This document shows positions 6,448 through 13,610 of a stretch of 16,203 nt of DNA, piece by piece. The first letter of the stretch is position 1. Each line of letters begins with the position of its first letter. The translations under genes and the position numbers were made by a program. Source of the DNA: an uncultured Armatimonadia bacterium (GTDB lineage: Bacteria; Armatimonadota; Zipacnadia; CAZGSV01); contig CAZGSV010000004.1 in assembly GCA_964528605.1 (NCBI GenBank), forward strand, positions 64,331 through 80,533, read 5' to 3'. The notes beneath the pieces were generated by a model. The model had not been told where the DNA came from. It made no database searches and saw only the letters and a list, made by a program, of their open reading frames with translations.

Positions 6448-7467
6448 ATGGCCGCTTCGTACCCGTTCGTGCGCGCCGGCGGCGGGCCGCGAGAGATGGG
6501 CAGGCAGATCGGCGAGCAAGTGCGCGCGCACATCCCCCCCATCCTCGAGGAACTCAAGGTGCCGGCCAACTACGGCAGCCTAAGCCACCAGCGGCGCGCG
6601 CAGCAGGTGCTAGCCAACATGGAGCGCGACGCGCCGCACCTGGTCGAGGAAATGCGCGGCATCGCCGAGGGCAGCGGCATTCCCTTCGACACCATTCTGG
6701 TCTACAACGCGATCGCGGAGATGTGGTACGTGCGCGAGTGCACCGCGATCGGCTTTGCGGACACGCCCGAGGGCGTGGTCATCGGCAAGACCAACGACAT
6801 CGGCGAGAACAAGGCCCACTACCATATCCCGCACCTGCTCGCGCCCGACGGAGGCGAGCGGCTGCTGGTCTTCACTTGGCCGGGCACGGTGTGGGTGAAC
6901 GCCGGGGTGAACGAATCGGGCGTCGGCATCGGCAGCGCGAGCATATCCTCCGCCGAGTTCGAGTCTGCGGGCATCATCTCCAACTGCGTCTACCGCCTGG
7001 TGCTCGAGCGCGCGCGCGACTTCGAACAGGGCCTGGAGGCCCTGCGCGAGGTGCGCTACATGTGCCATCCGTTCAACGTCGTCCTGGGCGACGCGGCCGG
7101 CGGGTTGGCGGCCGTGGAGCGCCCGGTCACCAAGATGGCGGTGCGCCGGCCCGAGAACGGGGCGGTCTTCGTGACCAACCACTGGGAGGAGCCGGAGACG
7201 GCCGCGCTGTGCAGCATCTCCGACCAACTGCGCGGGAACAGCAAACGCCGGTTCGAGAACCTGCGGCGGCTGGTGCGCACCGTGCCTCACACCGTCGAGG
7301 GGATGATCTCGGTGGTGCGCGACCACAATCCCTCCGGCGGCATCTGCCAGCACGGCGACGCGAACATGCACTCGTCCGCCGGATACGTGGTGGTGCCCTC
7401 GCAGAGGCGGGTGTGGTTTGCTTACGGGCGGCCGTGCGAGGTGGAGTTCGAGCCGTACGACCTTTGA
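6448..7467 (+). CDS. Cytoplasmic peptidase-C45 / acyl-CoA:6-APA acyltransferase-like Ntn hydrolase
   Basis: It starts 4 nt after the aminotransferase stop. No signal peptide is present. A candidate nucleophile Cys is in VRECTAIGF. The protein is co-linear with the two secreted paralogs downstream (EMRGIAEGSGIPFDTI vs EMCGLAEASGVPLETI; WPGTVWVNAGVNESGVGIG vs NLWVGVNWAGFLGTTACF). Confidence 0.7.
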   Translation: MAASYPFVRAGGGPREMGRQIGEQVRAHIPPILEELKVPANYGSLSHQRRAQQVLANMERDAPHLVEEMRGIAEGSGIPFDTILVYNAIAEMWYVRECTAIGFADTPEGVVIGKTNDIGENKAHYHIPHLLAPDGGERLLVFTWPGTVWVNAGVNESGVGIGSASISSAEFESAGIISNCVYRLVLERARDFEQGLEALREVRYMCHPFNVVLGDAAGGLAAVERPVTKMAVRRPENGAVFVTNHWEEPETAALCSISDQLRGNSKRRFENLRRLVRTVPHTVEGMISVVRDHNPSGGICQHGDANMHSSAGYVVVPSQRRVWFAYGRPCEVEFEPYDL

Positions 7468-7516
7468 GGGGCCCTGGTGTACGCAAAGTGCGTATGGCAA
7501 TACGCCCGTACGGAGC

Positions 7517-7537
7517 GGGCCTGATAAGATCAGGCCC
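7517..7537 (+). terminator. Perfect 9-bp-stem hairpin GGGCCTGAT-aag-ATCAGGCCC (no U-tract)
   Basis: An exact inverted repeat 50 nt after the stop of 6448..7467. A second hairpin, TACGCA-aag-TGCGTA, lies at 7480-7494 with the same AAG triloop. No T-tract follows, so the call is a factor-independent GC-type terminator or a structured RNA element. Confidence 0.35.
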
Positions 7538-7634
7538 CTACGACCGCGTCAGCGCGGGCGCGCATTCTTGTATCCTTTTGCGGTTCCGCTTCGTCATCAC
7601 TAGCGGCGGGAGCGCAGCCGTGACTCTTCACCCT

Positions 7635-7901
7635 ATGGACCGCGACAAGGAACTACTCGCGCGATTCGCTCGCGGCGAGGACTCGGCCTTTGACGTGCTC
7701 TTCGACCGGCACGCGCGGCGCGTCTTTGACTACCTGACGCGTGTGATGGGTGACGCGGAGGTGGCGGCCGCCGAGCAAGTAGGCATGTGCACCATGGAGC
7801 AGTCGTTGGCTCGCCTGGTCCGCCAGGGCCTGGTGGACGCGGAAGAAGCAAGAAGAGTCGCCCCTGATCCCCCCAAGTTAGAGCGCTACCTCACTCGGTA
7901 G
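7635..7901 (+). pseudogene. 88-codon chimeric ORF: ECF sigma-70 region-2 N-terminus fused in frame to a PilT/PilU-type ATPase C-terminus (gene remnants)
   Basis: MDRDKELLARFARGEDSAFDVLFDRHARRVFDYLTRVMGDAEVA matches the start of ECF sigma region 2 (compare DEDLLDRFLRGE...MVGDREAAEDLVQ in 3122..3745). The rest, GMCTMEQSLARLVRQGLVDAEEARRVAPDPPKLERYLTR, matches the conserved PilT C-terminal tail (GMQT-DQSL..L...G.I..EEA.R.A.DP..L.R). No SD precedes it. It forms the last 88 codons of overlapping track ORF 6723..7901, which is in a different frame from the C45 gene. Confidence 0.45.
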
Positions 7902-7912
7902 CCCCAGCGCGC

Positions 7913-7941
7913 TTACGCGCAGTCCCCTCTTGTCCTATAAT
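7913..7941 (+). promoter_or_regulatory. Candidate promoter for the GH36 gene with perfect TATAAT -10
   Basis: TATAAT at 7936-7941, 47 nt upstream of the ATG at 7989. A weak -35 (TTACGC) lies 17 nt upstream. SD GAGGTG is at 7976-7981. Confidence 0.35.
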
Positions 7942-7988
7942 CCCTTCGCCGCAGTCCGCCCGCAGACGCGGAGCGGCGAGGTGATGCG

Positions 7989-9956
7989 ATGGAGTTCCCC
8001 AAGGAGTCTCAGTGCTCGGCCCAGGAGGCCCTGGCTTGCTGCCTGGCGCAAGGCGGTTACGGCTTGCGGCCGGCCGAAGCCGTAGCCCCGGCTCACCCGC
8101 TGTTGCCGCCGGCGCTCGTTCCGTGGGCAGTTGACCTGGACGGAGAGGAGACAGCGCCCGGGGACTGGAATGCGGAGCCCCTGGCGTCGCACGCCGCTGC
8201 CGGAGGCCGGTGCCTCGAGCGGCGATTCCGGCACACGCCGTCGGGGCTGGTTGTGGTGAGCCGCGCCATCCTGTTCGACCACCTGCCCGCGGTTGAGTTC
8301 CGCCTCACAATCGAGAATCCGGGGCATTCGGCCTCTGCCTTGATAACTAGGGCTCGAAGCCTGGCACTGGGCACGCCGAAAGTGAAAACGCGGCCGTTGC
8401 TCACCTCGTGCGCCGGCGGCCTGACGGGCACGACCTACCCTGACCGCGGTTTTCGCCTCGACCGCACGCCTCTCTCCTCCGAGGCGCACTTGCTCTCCGC
8501 AGCCGGCGGTCGGTCGTCCAACCGGGACCTGCCTTTCGTTCTGCTGGCTCTGCCTGATGCCGGCTTGTTCTTCGGCGTCGGCTGGTCGGGCCAGTGGCAG
8601 GCGCAACTGCGCTGGCACGAGAACGAAGAGGAACTACGGGTGGACATTGAGTTGCCGGGGTTGCGGCTCCGTATTCCAGCGGGAGAATCCATCACGCTGC
8701 CGAGCATTCTCCTCGGGACGTACCTCGGGCCGGCGGAGGTGGGCAGCAATCTGCTGCGCCGCACGCTCTACGAGCGTTATGTGCCCCTGCTCGAGGGCGC
8801 CCAGCCGCTGCCGCCGACCTCTTTCAACCACTGGTTCTCAATGGACAACGACATCTCGGAGGAGAACCTGCGCGCGCAAGCCGAGGTCGCGGCACGCATC
8901 GGCCTGGAGTACTTCTGCGTTGACTCGGGCTGGTTCGTCGGCGCCTTCCCTGAGGGCGTGGGCAACTGGATTCTCGACCGCGCAAAGTTCCCCAACGGGC
9001 TGAAGCCGCTCGCCGACTACGCGCGGGCCAAGGGCATGCGCTTCGGCCTGTGGTTCGAGCCGGAGCGCGTCGCCGACGGCACGCGACTCGAACGCGAGCA
9101 TCCCGAGTGGGTCAACGACAACCTCCTTGACCTGGGCAATCCCGACGCGCGCAACTGGGTGGCGGAGATGATGGACTCGCTGATCAACGAGGCCGGCATC
9201 CAGTGGATACGCTTTGACTTCAACATTGACCCGCTGCCCGTTTGGGAGAAGATCGAGGGCGAGGAGGAGCGGGGCCTGCGGCAGATTCGGCACCTCGGGG
9301 GACTGTACCAATTGCTGGACCATCTGCTGCAGGCGCATCCCTCGCTCCTCATTGAGGGCTGCGCGAGCGGCGGCCGGCGCATTGATCTGGAGACGGTTCG
9401 CCGGTGTCACACCTTCTGGAAGAGCGATGAGACCTGGGATTTGCCGACGCTGCGGACGCACATCACCGGCGGCAACGTGTTCCTGCCCTCCGTCGCGCTC
9501 AACGTCAACCTACTGCACCCCGGTCCCACGTTTGCCTTTCGCAGCCTCTTCGGAGGCCCGCTGGGCATAGGCGCGCGGCTCTCCGACTGGTCCGAGGAGG
9601 TGGTTCAACTAGCGCGGCGCGAGGTCGCGCTCTACAAGTCGCTGCGCCCTCACCTGCTCGGCGACTACTACCCGCTCTTCGAACAACCGCGCGACACGCA
9701 AGTCTGGGAGGGCTGGCAGTTCCACGACCCGGAGGAGCAGGCGGGGTTCGCCGTTGTGCTCCGTCTGGAGGACTCGCCTTACGAGTGCGCCCGCGTGCGG
9801 TTGCGCGGGCTTGCTCCGGGGGCGACCTACCTGCTGACCGACGTTGACTCCGGACAGGAATCGAGTCTGACGGGCGCGGAGTTGATGGAGGGGCTGCCCG
9901 TGGCGCTGCCGCAGCCGGCGTTGTGCAGACTCATCACCTATCGGGCTCGTCCGTGA
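7989..9956 (+). CDS. Glycoside hydrolase family 36 alpha-galactosidase (melibiase-type), cytoplasmic
   Basis: The N-terminal GH36 beta-sandwich has DLPFVLLALPDAGLFFGVGWSGQWQ. The catalytic TIM-barrel motifs are CVDSGWF, FGLWFEPE, WIRFDFN (nucleophile context) and GCASGGRRID (acid/base context). No signal peptide is present. Confidence 0.85.
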   Translation: MEFPKESQCSAQEALACCLAQGGYGLRPAEAVAPAHPLLPPALVPWAVDLDGEETAPGDWNAEPLASHAAAGGRCLERRFRHTPSGLVVVSRAILFDHLPAVEFRLTIENPGHSASALITRARSLALGTPKVKTRPLLTSCAGGLTGTTYPDRGFRLDRTPLSSEAHLLSAAGGRSSNRDLPFVLLALPDAGLFFGVGWSGQWQAQLRWHENEEELRVDIELPGLRLRIPAGESITLPSILLGTYLGPAEVGSNLLRRTLYERYVPLLEGAQPLPPTSFNHWFSMDNDISEENLRAQAEVAARIGLEYFCVDSGWFVGAFPEGVGNWILDRAKFPNGLKPLADYARAKGMRFGLWFEPERVADGTRLEREHPEWVNDNLLDLGNPDARNWVAEMMDSLINEAGIQWIRFDFNIDPLPVWEKIEGEEERGLRQIRHLGGLYQLLDHLLQAHPSLLIEGCASGGRRIDLETVRRCHTFWKSDETWDLPTLRTHITGGNVFLPSVALNVNLLHPGPTFAFRSLFGGPLGIGARLSDWSEEVVQLARREVALYKSLRPHLLGDYYPLFEQPRDTQVWEGWQFHDPEEQAGFAVVLRLEDSPYECARVRLRGLAPGATYLLTDVDSGQESSLTGAELMEGLPVALPQPALCRLITYRARP

Positions 9957-10120
9957 CGAGCAGCAGTCCGGCAAGCAGAGGCCCAGACAGCAGACTCCTG
10001 GCCCCAGGCCTCACCGCGATGCGCATGCCCAGGATATGACCCAGCGCCCGCAGGCTGGGGAAGCGATGCAGGAGAGGAAGCGGCTCATGGGGTCGGCCCG
10101 ATGCCTTCGCGGCGCTGCGG

Positions 10121-10140
10121 TATAATGGTGGTCAGGAGGA
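10121..10140 (+). promoter_or_regulatory. Perfect TATAAT -10 (10121-10126) and strong SD AGGAGGA (10134-10140) upstream of the first secreted C45 hydrolase
   Basis: ggTATAATggtggtcAGGAGGAgtatggaATG. The predicted 5' UTR is very short (~15 nt). No convincing -35 is present. Confidence 0.4.
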
Positions 10141-10147
10141 GTATGGA

Positions 10148-11254
10148 ATGGAACGACTCGCGCTTCTGGTGGCAGTGGCGCTTCCGCTCGCCTTCGCGTG
10201 TGGCTTTGCTGAGGTAGGGCCGGCCAAGACTGCGGTGATCGGCGAAGGAGCGGACGCGATCACCGTGGTCTATCTCGATCAGCCGAGCGCCTACGAGCGC
10301 GGCCTCGCCTACGGTAAGGCAATGGCAGGTCCTATCGCCGCGACCATGAGCCAGTTCCTGCAGAGCCTCCAGTGGACGCCGGAGCAGATGGACCAGGTCT
10401 ACGCCAAGCAGGAGCCTTTCATCCCGCAGGACATCAAAGACGAGATGTGCGGGCTCGCGGAGGCGTCCGGAGTTCCACTGGAGACCATTCGACGCGTGCA
10501 CGCGGTCCCGGAACTCTTCGAGTCGCAATGCTCCAACGTTGTGGCCTGGGGCGCCGCCACCGAGGGGGGCAGGCTGTATGCCCTGCGCGTGCTCGACTGG
10601 TTGCTGACCACAGGAGCGCAAGAGCATCCGGTGGTACTTGTGGAGCGTCCCGAGCGCGGCAACCTGTGGGTGGGAGTGAACTGGGCCGGCTTCTTGGGCA
10701 CCACTGCCTGCTTCAATGAGAAGCAGTTCACCTCGGGCGAGATGTCCGCGGGCAAGTTCTACCCGGAGCGGCTTGAGGGCACCCCGCACAACTTCCTGAT
10801 GCCTGAGGTGTTGCGGCAGTCAGATACGCTGCAGGAGGCGCTGGACAACTTCCGCAATGCCAGCCGCACGGCGGCCCTCTTCTATGCGGTCGGCGATGCC
10901 AAGATTCCTGAGGGGCGGCTGCTGCTGACGGGGGCGGACCAGTTCACGGAGATTCGCGCCAACGACCCCACCTACGCCTTGCTCGGCCTGCCCGGAATAG
11001 CAGATGTGGTGTACGGGAGCCTCAAGAACGAGGTGTGTGCCGCGATGCTTCAGGAGCACTACGGCGCCATCAACCCGGAGGTCTGCAAGGAGATTGGCCG
11101 GGCGGTGGCCTCCGATGACAGCGCGCTGCACATCGTCGTCTTTGACCCGGGCAACCTGAAGATGTGGGTGGCCAACGCCGAGGGGGCTGAGTCCGCACAG
11201 CACCGCCCGTTCGTGGAGTTCGACCTGCGGCAAGCCCTCCAGGCCATGCAGTAG
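10148..11254 (+). CDS. Secreted peptidase-C45 / acyltransferase-like Ntn hydrolase, paralog A
   Basis: Signal peptide MERLALLVAVALPLAFA|CGFAEV with an AxA cleavage site. The candidate nucleophile is in FESQCSNVVAWGAATEGGRLYALRVLDW. Length is 368 aa. Confidence 0.75.
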   Translation: MERLALLVAVALPLAFACGFAEVGPAKTAVIGEGADAITVVYLDQPSAYERGLAYGKAMAGPIAATMSQFLQSLQWTPEQMDQVYAKQEPFIPQDIKDEMCGLAEASGVPLETIRRVHAVPELFESQCSNVVAWGAATEGGRLYALRVLDWLLTTGAQEHPVVLVERPERGNLWVGVNWAGFLGTTACFNEKQFTSGEMSAGKFYPERLEGTPHNFLMPEVLRQSDTLQEALDNFRNASRTAALFYAVGDAKIPEGRLLLTGADQFTEIRANDPTYALLGLPGIADVVYGSLKNEVCAAMLQEHYGAINPEVCKEIGRAVASDDSALHIVVFDPGNLKMWVANAEGAESAQHRPFVEFDLRQALQAMQ

Positions 11255-11266
11255 GCGGGGGCGGGA

Positions 11267-11310
11267 GCCCCCCTGGGCGCCGGCGAGCGCCCCCCCAGGG
11301 GGCTTGGCAA
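11267..11310 (+). terminator. GC-rich hairpin (CCCCCTGGG...CCCAGGGGG, 9-bp outer stem plus inner GCGC stem) followed by cTTggcaaTTTcg; likely intrinsic terminator between the paralogs
   Basis: It starts 13 nt after the stop at 11252-11254. ccccctggg at 11269-11277 pairs with cccaggggg at 11294-11302. The downstream T content is moderate. Confidence 0.4.
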
Positions 11311-11332
11311 TTTCGCCTCAGGGCGCTAGGCT
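11304..11332 (+). promoter_or_regulatory. Candidate promoter TTGGCA-N17-TAGGCT for paralog B
   Basis: TTGGCA at 11304-11309 (5/6 match to TTGACA), a 17-nt spacer, then TAGGCT at 11327-11332 (TAnnnT retained). SD AGGAGGA is at 11354-11360. Confidence 0.3.
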
Positions 11333-11366
11333 ATAGGGCGTGAGGTTGGGGATAGGAGGACGCTCA

Positions 11367-12473
11367 GTGACGCGCTTTGTACTGTGCTTGGTAACACTGG
11401 TGCTGTTGACCCCCACTTACGCCCCCGCGGAAGTCGCACCGGCGCGTACCGCTGTCATCGGTGACGGTGCGGACGCGATCACCGTCGTCTATCTGGACCA
11501 GCCCACTGCCTACGAACGCGGCTTTGCCTATGGCAAGGCGCTGGCCAGCCAGATGGCGGTGATGGTTCCTCGTTTCCTGCAGTCCTTTGAGTGGACACCG
11601 GAGCGCATGGACGAAGTCTATGCGATGCAGGAGCCGTTCATATCTGACGACATCAAGGAAGAGATGCGCGGTCTGGCCGACGGCTCGGGCTTGCCGCTCG
11701 AGGCGATTCACCGGGCGCACATCGTGCCCGAGTTGGCCGAGTTCCACTGCTCCAACTTCGCGGCCTGGGGATCGGCAACGGAGGACGGCCGGCTGTATGC
11801 CATTCGCGTGCTCGACTGGGAGATGAACTCGGGCTGTCAGGATTACCCGGTCATCGTCGTGAGCCGTCCCGAGTCGGGCAACCTTTGGGTCGGCGTGAAT
11901 TGGGCGGGCTTCGTGGGCGCGGTGTCGGGCTTCAACGAAAAGGGCATCTCGGTGGGCGAGATGACGGCGGGCACCACGTTTCCCGAACGCCTCGAGGGCG
12001 AACCGATGCCGTTCGTCTTCCGCGAGGTGCTGCGGTATTCGAGTACGCTGGGGGAGGCGGTGGAGAACTTCCGCAACGCCACCCGCACCTCGTGTTTCTT
12101 CTTTGCGGTGGGCGACGCCAAGATTCCTGCGGGCGAGATACTGCTGACGGGCTACGACCAGTTCCTGGAGATCAACGGCGGCGACCCCAAGTACGCGCTG
12201 TTCGGATTGCCTGCCATTCAGGACGTGGTGTACGGCAGCTACAAGAACCAACTGTGCGCCCAGATGCTACAGGAGAATCACGGCGCGATAAACGTTGACA
12301 TCGCCAAGCGGATCGCTCGGGCGGTCGCCTCCGATGACAGCGCGCTGCACATGGTGGTGTTCGATCCGGGCAACCTCAAGATCTGGGTGGCCAATGCGGA
12401 GGGCAAGGAGCCCTCGCAGAAGCGGCCGTTCGTCGAGTTCGACTTGCAGCAGTTCTTGGAGGCGGTGAAATGA
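11367..12473 (+). CDS. Secreted peptidase-C45 / acyltransferase-like Ntn hydrolase, paralog B
   Basis: The start is set at the in-frame GTG at 11367, which lies 6 nt after SD AGGAGGA. It gives the signal peptide MTRFVLCLVTLVLLTPTYAPAEV. The track ATG at 11340 lies upstream of the SD. The protein is co-linear with paralog A (AVIGDGADAITVVYLDQPTAYERG vs AVIGEGADAITVVYLDQPSAYERG; CSNFAAWGSATEDGRLYAIRVLDW). Confidence 0.75.
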   Translation: MTRFVLCLVTLVLLTPTYAPAEVAPARTAVIGDGADAITVVYLDQPTAYERGFAYGKALASQMAVMVPRFLQSFEWTPERMDEVYAMQEPFISDDIKEEMRGLADGSGLPLEAIHRAHIVPELAEFHCSNFAAWGSATEDGRLYAIRVLDWEMNSGCQDYPVIVVSRPESGNLWVGVNWAGFVGAVSGFNEKGISVGEMTAGTTFPERLEGEPMPFVFREVLRYSSTLGEAVENFRNATRTSCFFFAVGDAKIPAGEILLTGYDQFLEINGGDPKYALFGLPAIQDVVYGSYKNQLCAQMLQENHGAINVDIAKRIARAVASDDSALHMVVFDPGNLKIWVANAEGKEPSQKRPFVEFDLQQFLEAVK

Positions 12474-12805
12474 GAGGGTCGCAGAAGGGGAGTGCGCAGG
12501 TTGCTTTGCGGCGGCTGGCGCGAGCCTACGGGGACCAGGTGTATCTGCGCGGGTCACCCAACCGAAAGGCCGAGCCCCGCACGCATCGCGGCTACGAGGT
12601 GCGCCTCATCGCCCACAGCGCCGCGGAGCGCGACGACATTGTGGCGCTGCTGCGCGCGGCCGGCGAGAACCCCGGCAAGCCCTTCGTTACAGGGGACTGC
12701 TGGCGCGTGCCGGTCTACGGGCAAGAGGCGGTGAAGCGTCTTGTGGCCGGCATGGGCGTCAGCGCCGCGGCGCCCAAGAGAAAAGCCGCGCGCAAGAGCA
12801 AGTAG
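12470..12805 (+). CDS. Hypothetical small basic protein (111 aa), translationally coupled to paralog B
   Basis: The ATG at 12470 forms ATGA with the upstream stop. SD GGAGGCGG is at 12459-12466. There is no TM helix or signal peptide. The C-terminus is Lys/Arg-rich (AAAPKRKAARKSK). No family was recognised. Confidence 0.5.
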   Translation: MRGSQKGSAQVALRRLARAYGDQVYLRGSPNRKAEPRTHRGYEVRLIAHSAAERDDIVALLRAAGENPGKPFVTGDCWRVPVYGQEAVKRLVAGMGVSAAAPKRKAARKSK

Positions 12806-12931
12806 TCCGCTGCTGCCTTGCGGCGCGTCAATCTGGCTCCGGCCGGGGAGGGAGCCGGACGCTCGGGGGATAAACGTGGGCCCTGGGGGTGCCGCGAGGC
12901 TCTAGGCCTTAGGAATCTACGAGGTGACACC

Positions 12932-13549
12932 ATGGCAAAGCGCTATCTCATTCTCGCGGTCTTGCCTCTCCTGCTGGTGAGCGCCGTCGCACCCGCCGAG
13001 GGGCCCGTGACTCTGGGCGGCACGCTGCCCGCAGTATCGCTCCCGGACTACTACGGCCACACCTTCAACCTGGCCGACTACTGGAACAGGCCACCGCAGG
13101 ACAATTCCGGTCCGCAGCCGACCATCCTGGTGTTGGTCTTCTTCGGCATCAACTGCCCCAGGGGCCGCGTCTACGACGATCGCGTCAACGACTTCTACGC
13201 TCGCTACGCGGTCTTGGGTGTGCAGGTGTTCGGCGTTGACGTCTACCCGAAGGAAACGCCCGAGGAGGTGCGGGTGACGGCGGCGGAACGGCGCATCGTC
13301 TACCCCATTTTGATGGACCCGCAGGGCGTCACGATTGACATTCTGGGCGCGCGCAGGACGACCACCACGTACGTCATAGACGGCAAGGGTGTGCTGCGCT
13401 ACCGGGGCTCTTTCGACAACGCCAGGGCGCTGGACGACCCCGAACGTATTCCCTACGCGGAAAGAGCGGTGGAGGCGGTGCTGCTCGGACAGCAGCCTGT
13501 TATAGGCGACACGCCCGCCTTCGGCTGCGGGCTGCGACGAGAGGACTAG
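12932..13549 (+). CDS. Secreted thioredoxin-fold protein (TlpA/redoxin-like) with degenerate active site CPRG
   Basis: The start is MAKRYLILAVLPLLLVSAVAPAEG after SD GAGGTG at 5-nt spacing. A TlpA-like pattern is present: LVLVFFGINCPRGR where W-C-x-x-C is expected, then VDVYP..., YPILMDPQG and TTYVIDGKGVLRYRG. The track ATG at 12818 is an unsupported 5' extension. Confidence 0.6.
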   Translation: MAKRYLILAVLPLLLVSAVAPAEGPVTLGGTLPAVSLPDYYGHTFNLADYWNRPPQDNSGPQPTILVLVFFGINCPRGRVYDDRVNDFYARYAVLGVQVFGVDVYPKETPEEVRVTAAERRIVYPILMDPQGVTIDILGARRTTTTYVIDGKGVLRYRGSFDNARALDDPERIPYAERAVEAVLLGQQPVIGDTPAFGCGLRRED

Positions 13550-13610
13550 AAGCGCTCCGCCACACAGGCGGGCAATTGGCGGCGTGGTCATAAACAAGGG
13601 GGAATAGACG

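Noticed and set aside
6723-7634. 5' part of the 392-aa + strand ORF overlapping the C45 gene in another frame
   Set aside because: It has no motifs and an Arg-rich translation, and it overlaps a well-supported gene. Only its last 88 codons (7635..7901) carry recognisable sigma/PilT-like sequence, and these are reported separately.
7468-7634. Possible tRNA or tmRNA in the AT-richer spacer
   Set aside because: No T-loop (GTTCRANYC) or D-loop consensus is present, and no acceptor-stem complementarity was found. The two hairpins have 3-nt loops, unlike tRNA arms.
9957-10120. Short palindromes (CCTGGccCCAGG, ATGCGCAT) after the GH36 stop
   Set aside because: The stems or loops are too short, and palindromic GC-rich hexamers are expected by chance in this composition.
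11340-11366. ATG at 11340 as start of C45 paralog B
   Set aside because: The SD AGGAGGA lies downstream of this ATG and immediately upstream of the in-frame GTG at 11367. That GTG yields a proper signal peptide n-region (MTRF...) matching paralog A.
12818-12931. N-terminal extension of the thioredoxin-fold ORF
   Set aside because: The extension is a Gly/Arg-rich non-hydrophobic sequence preceding an obvious signal peptide that starts at the ATG at 12932, which has its own SD.
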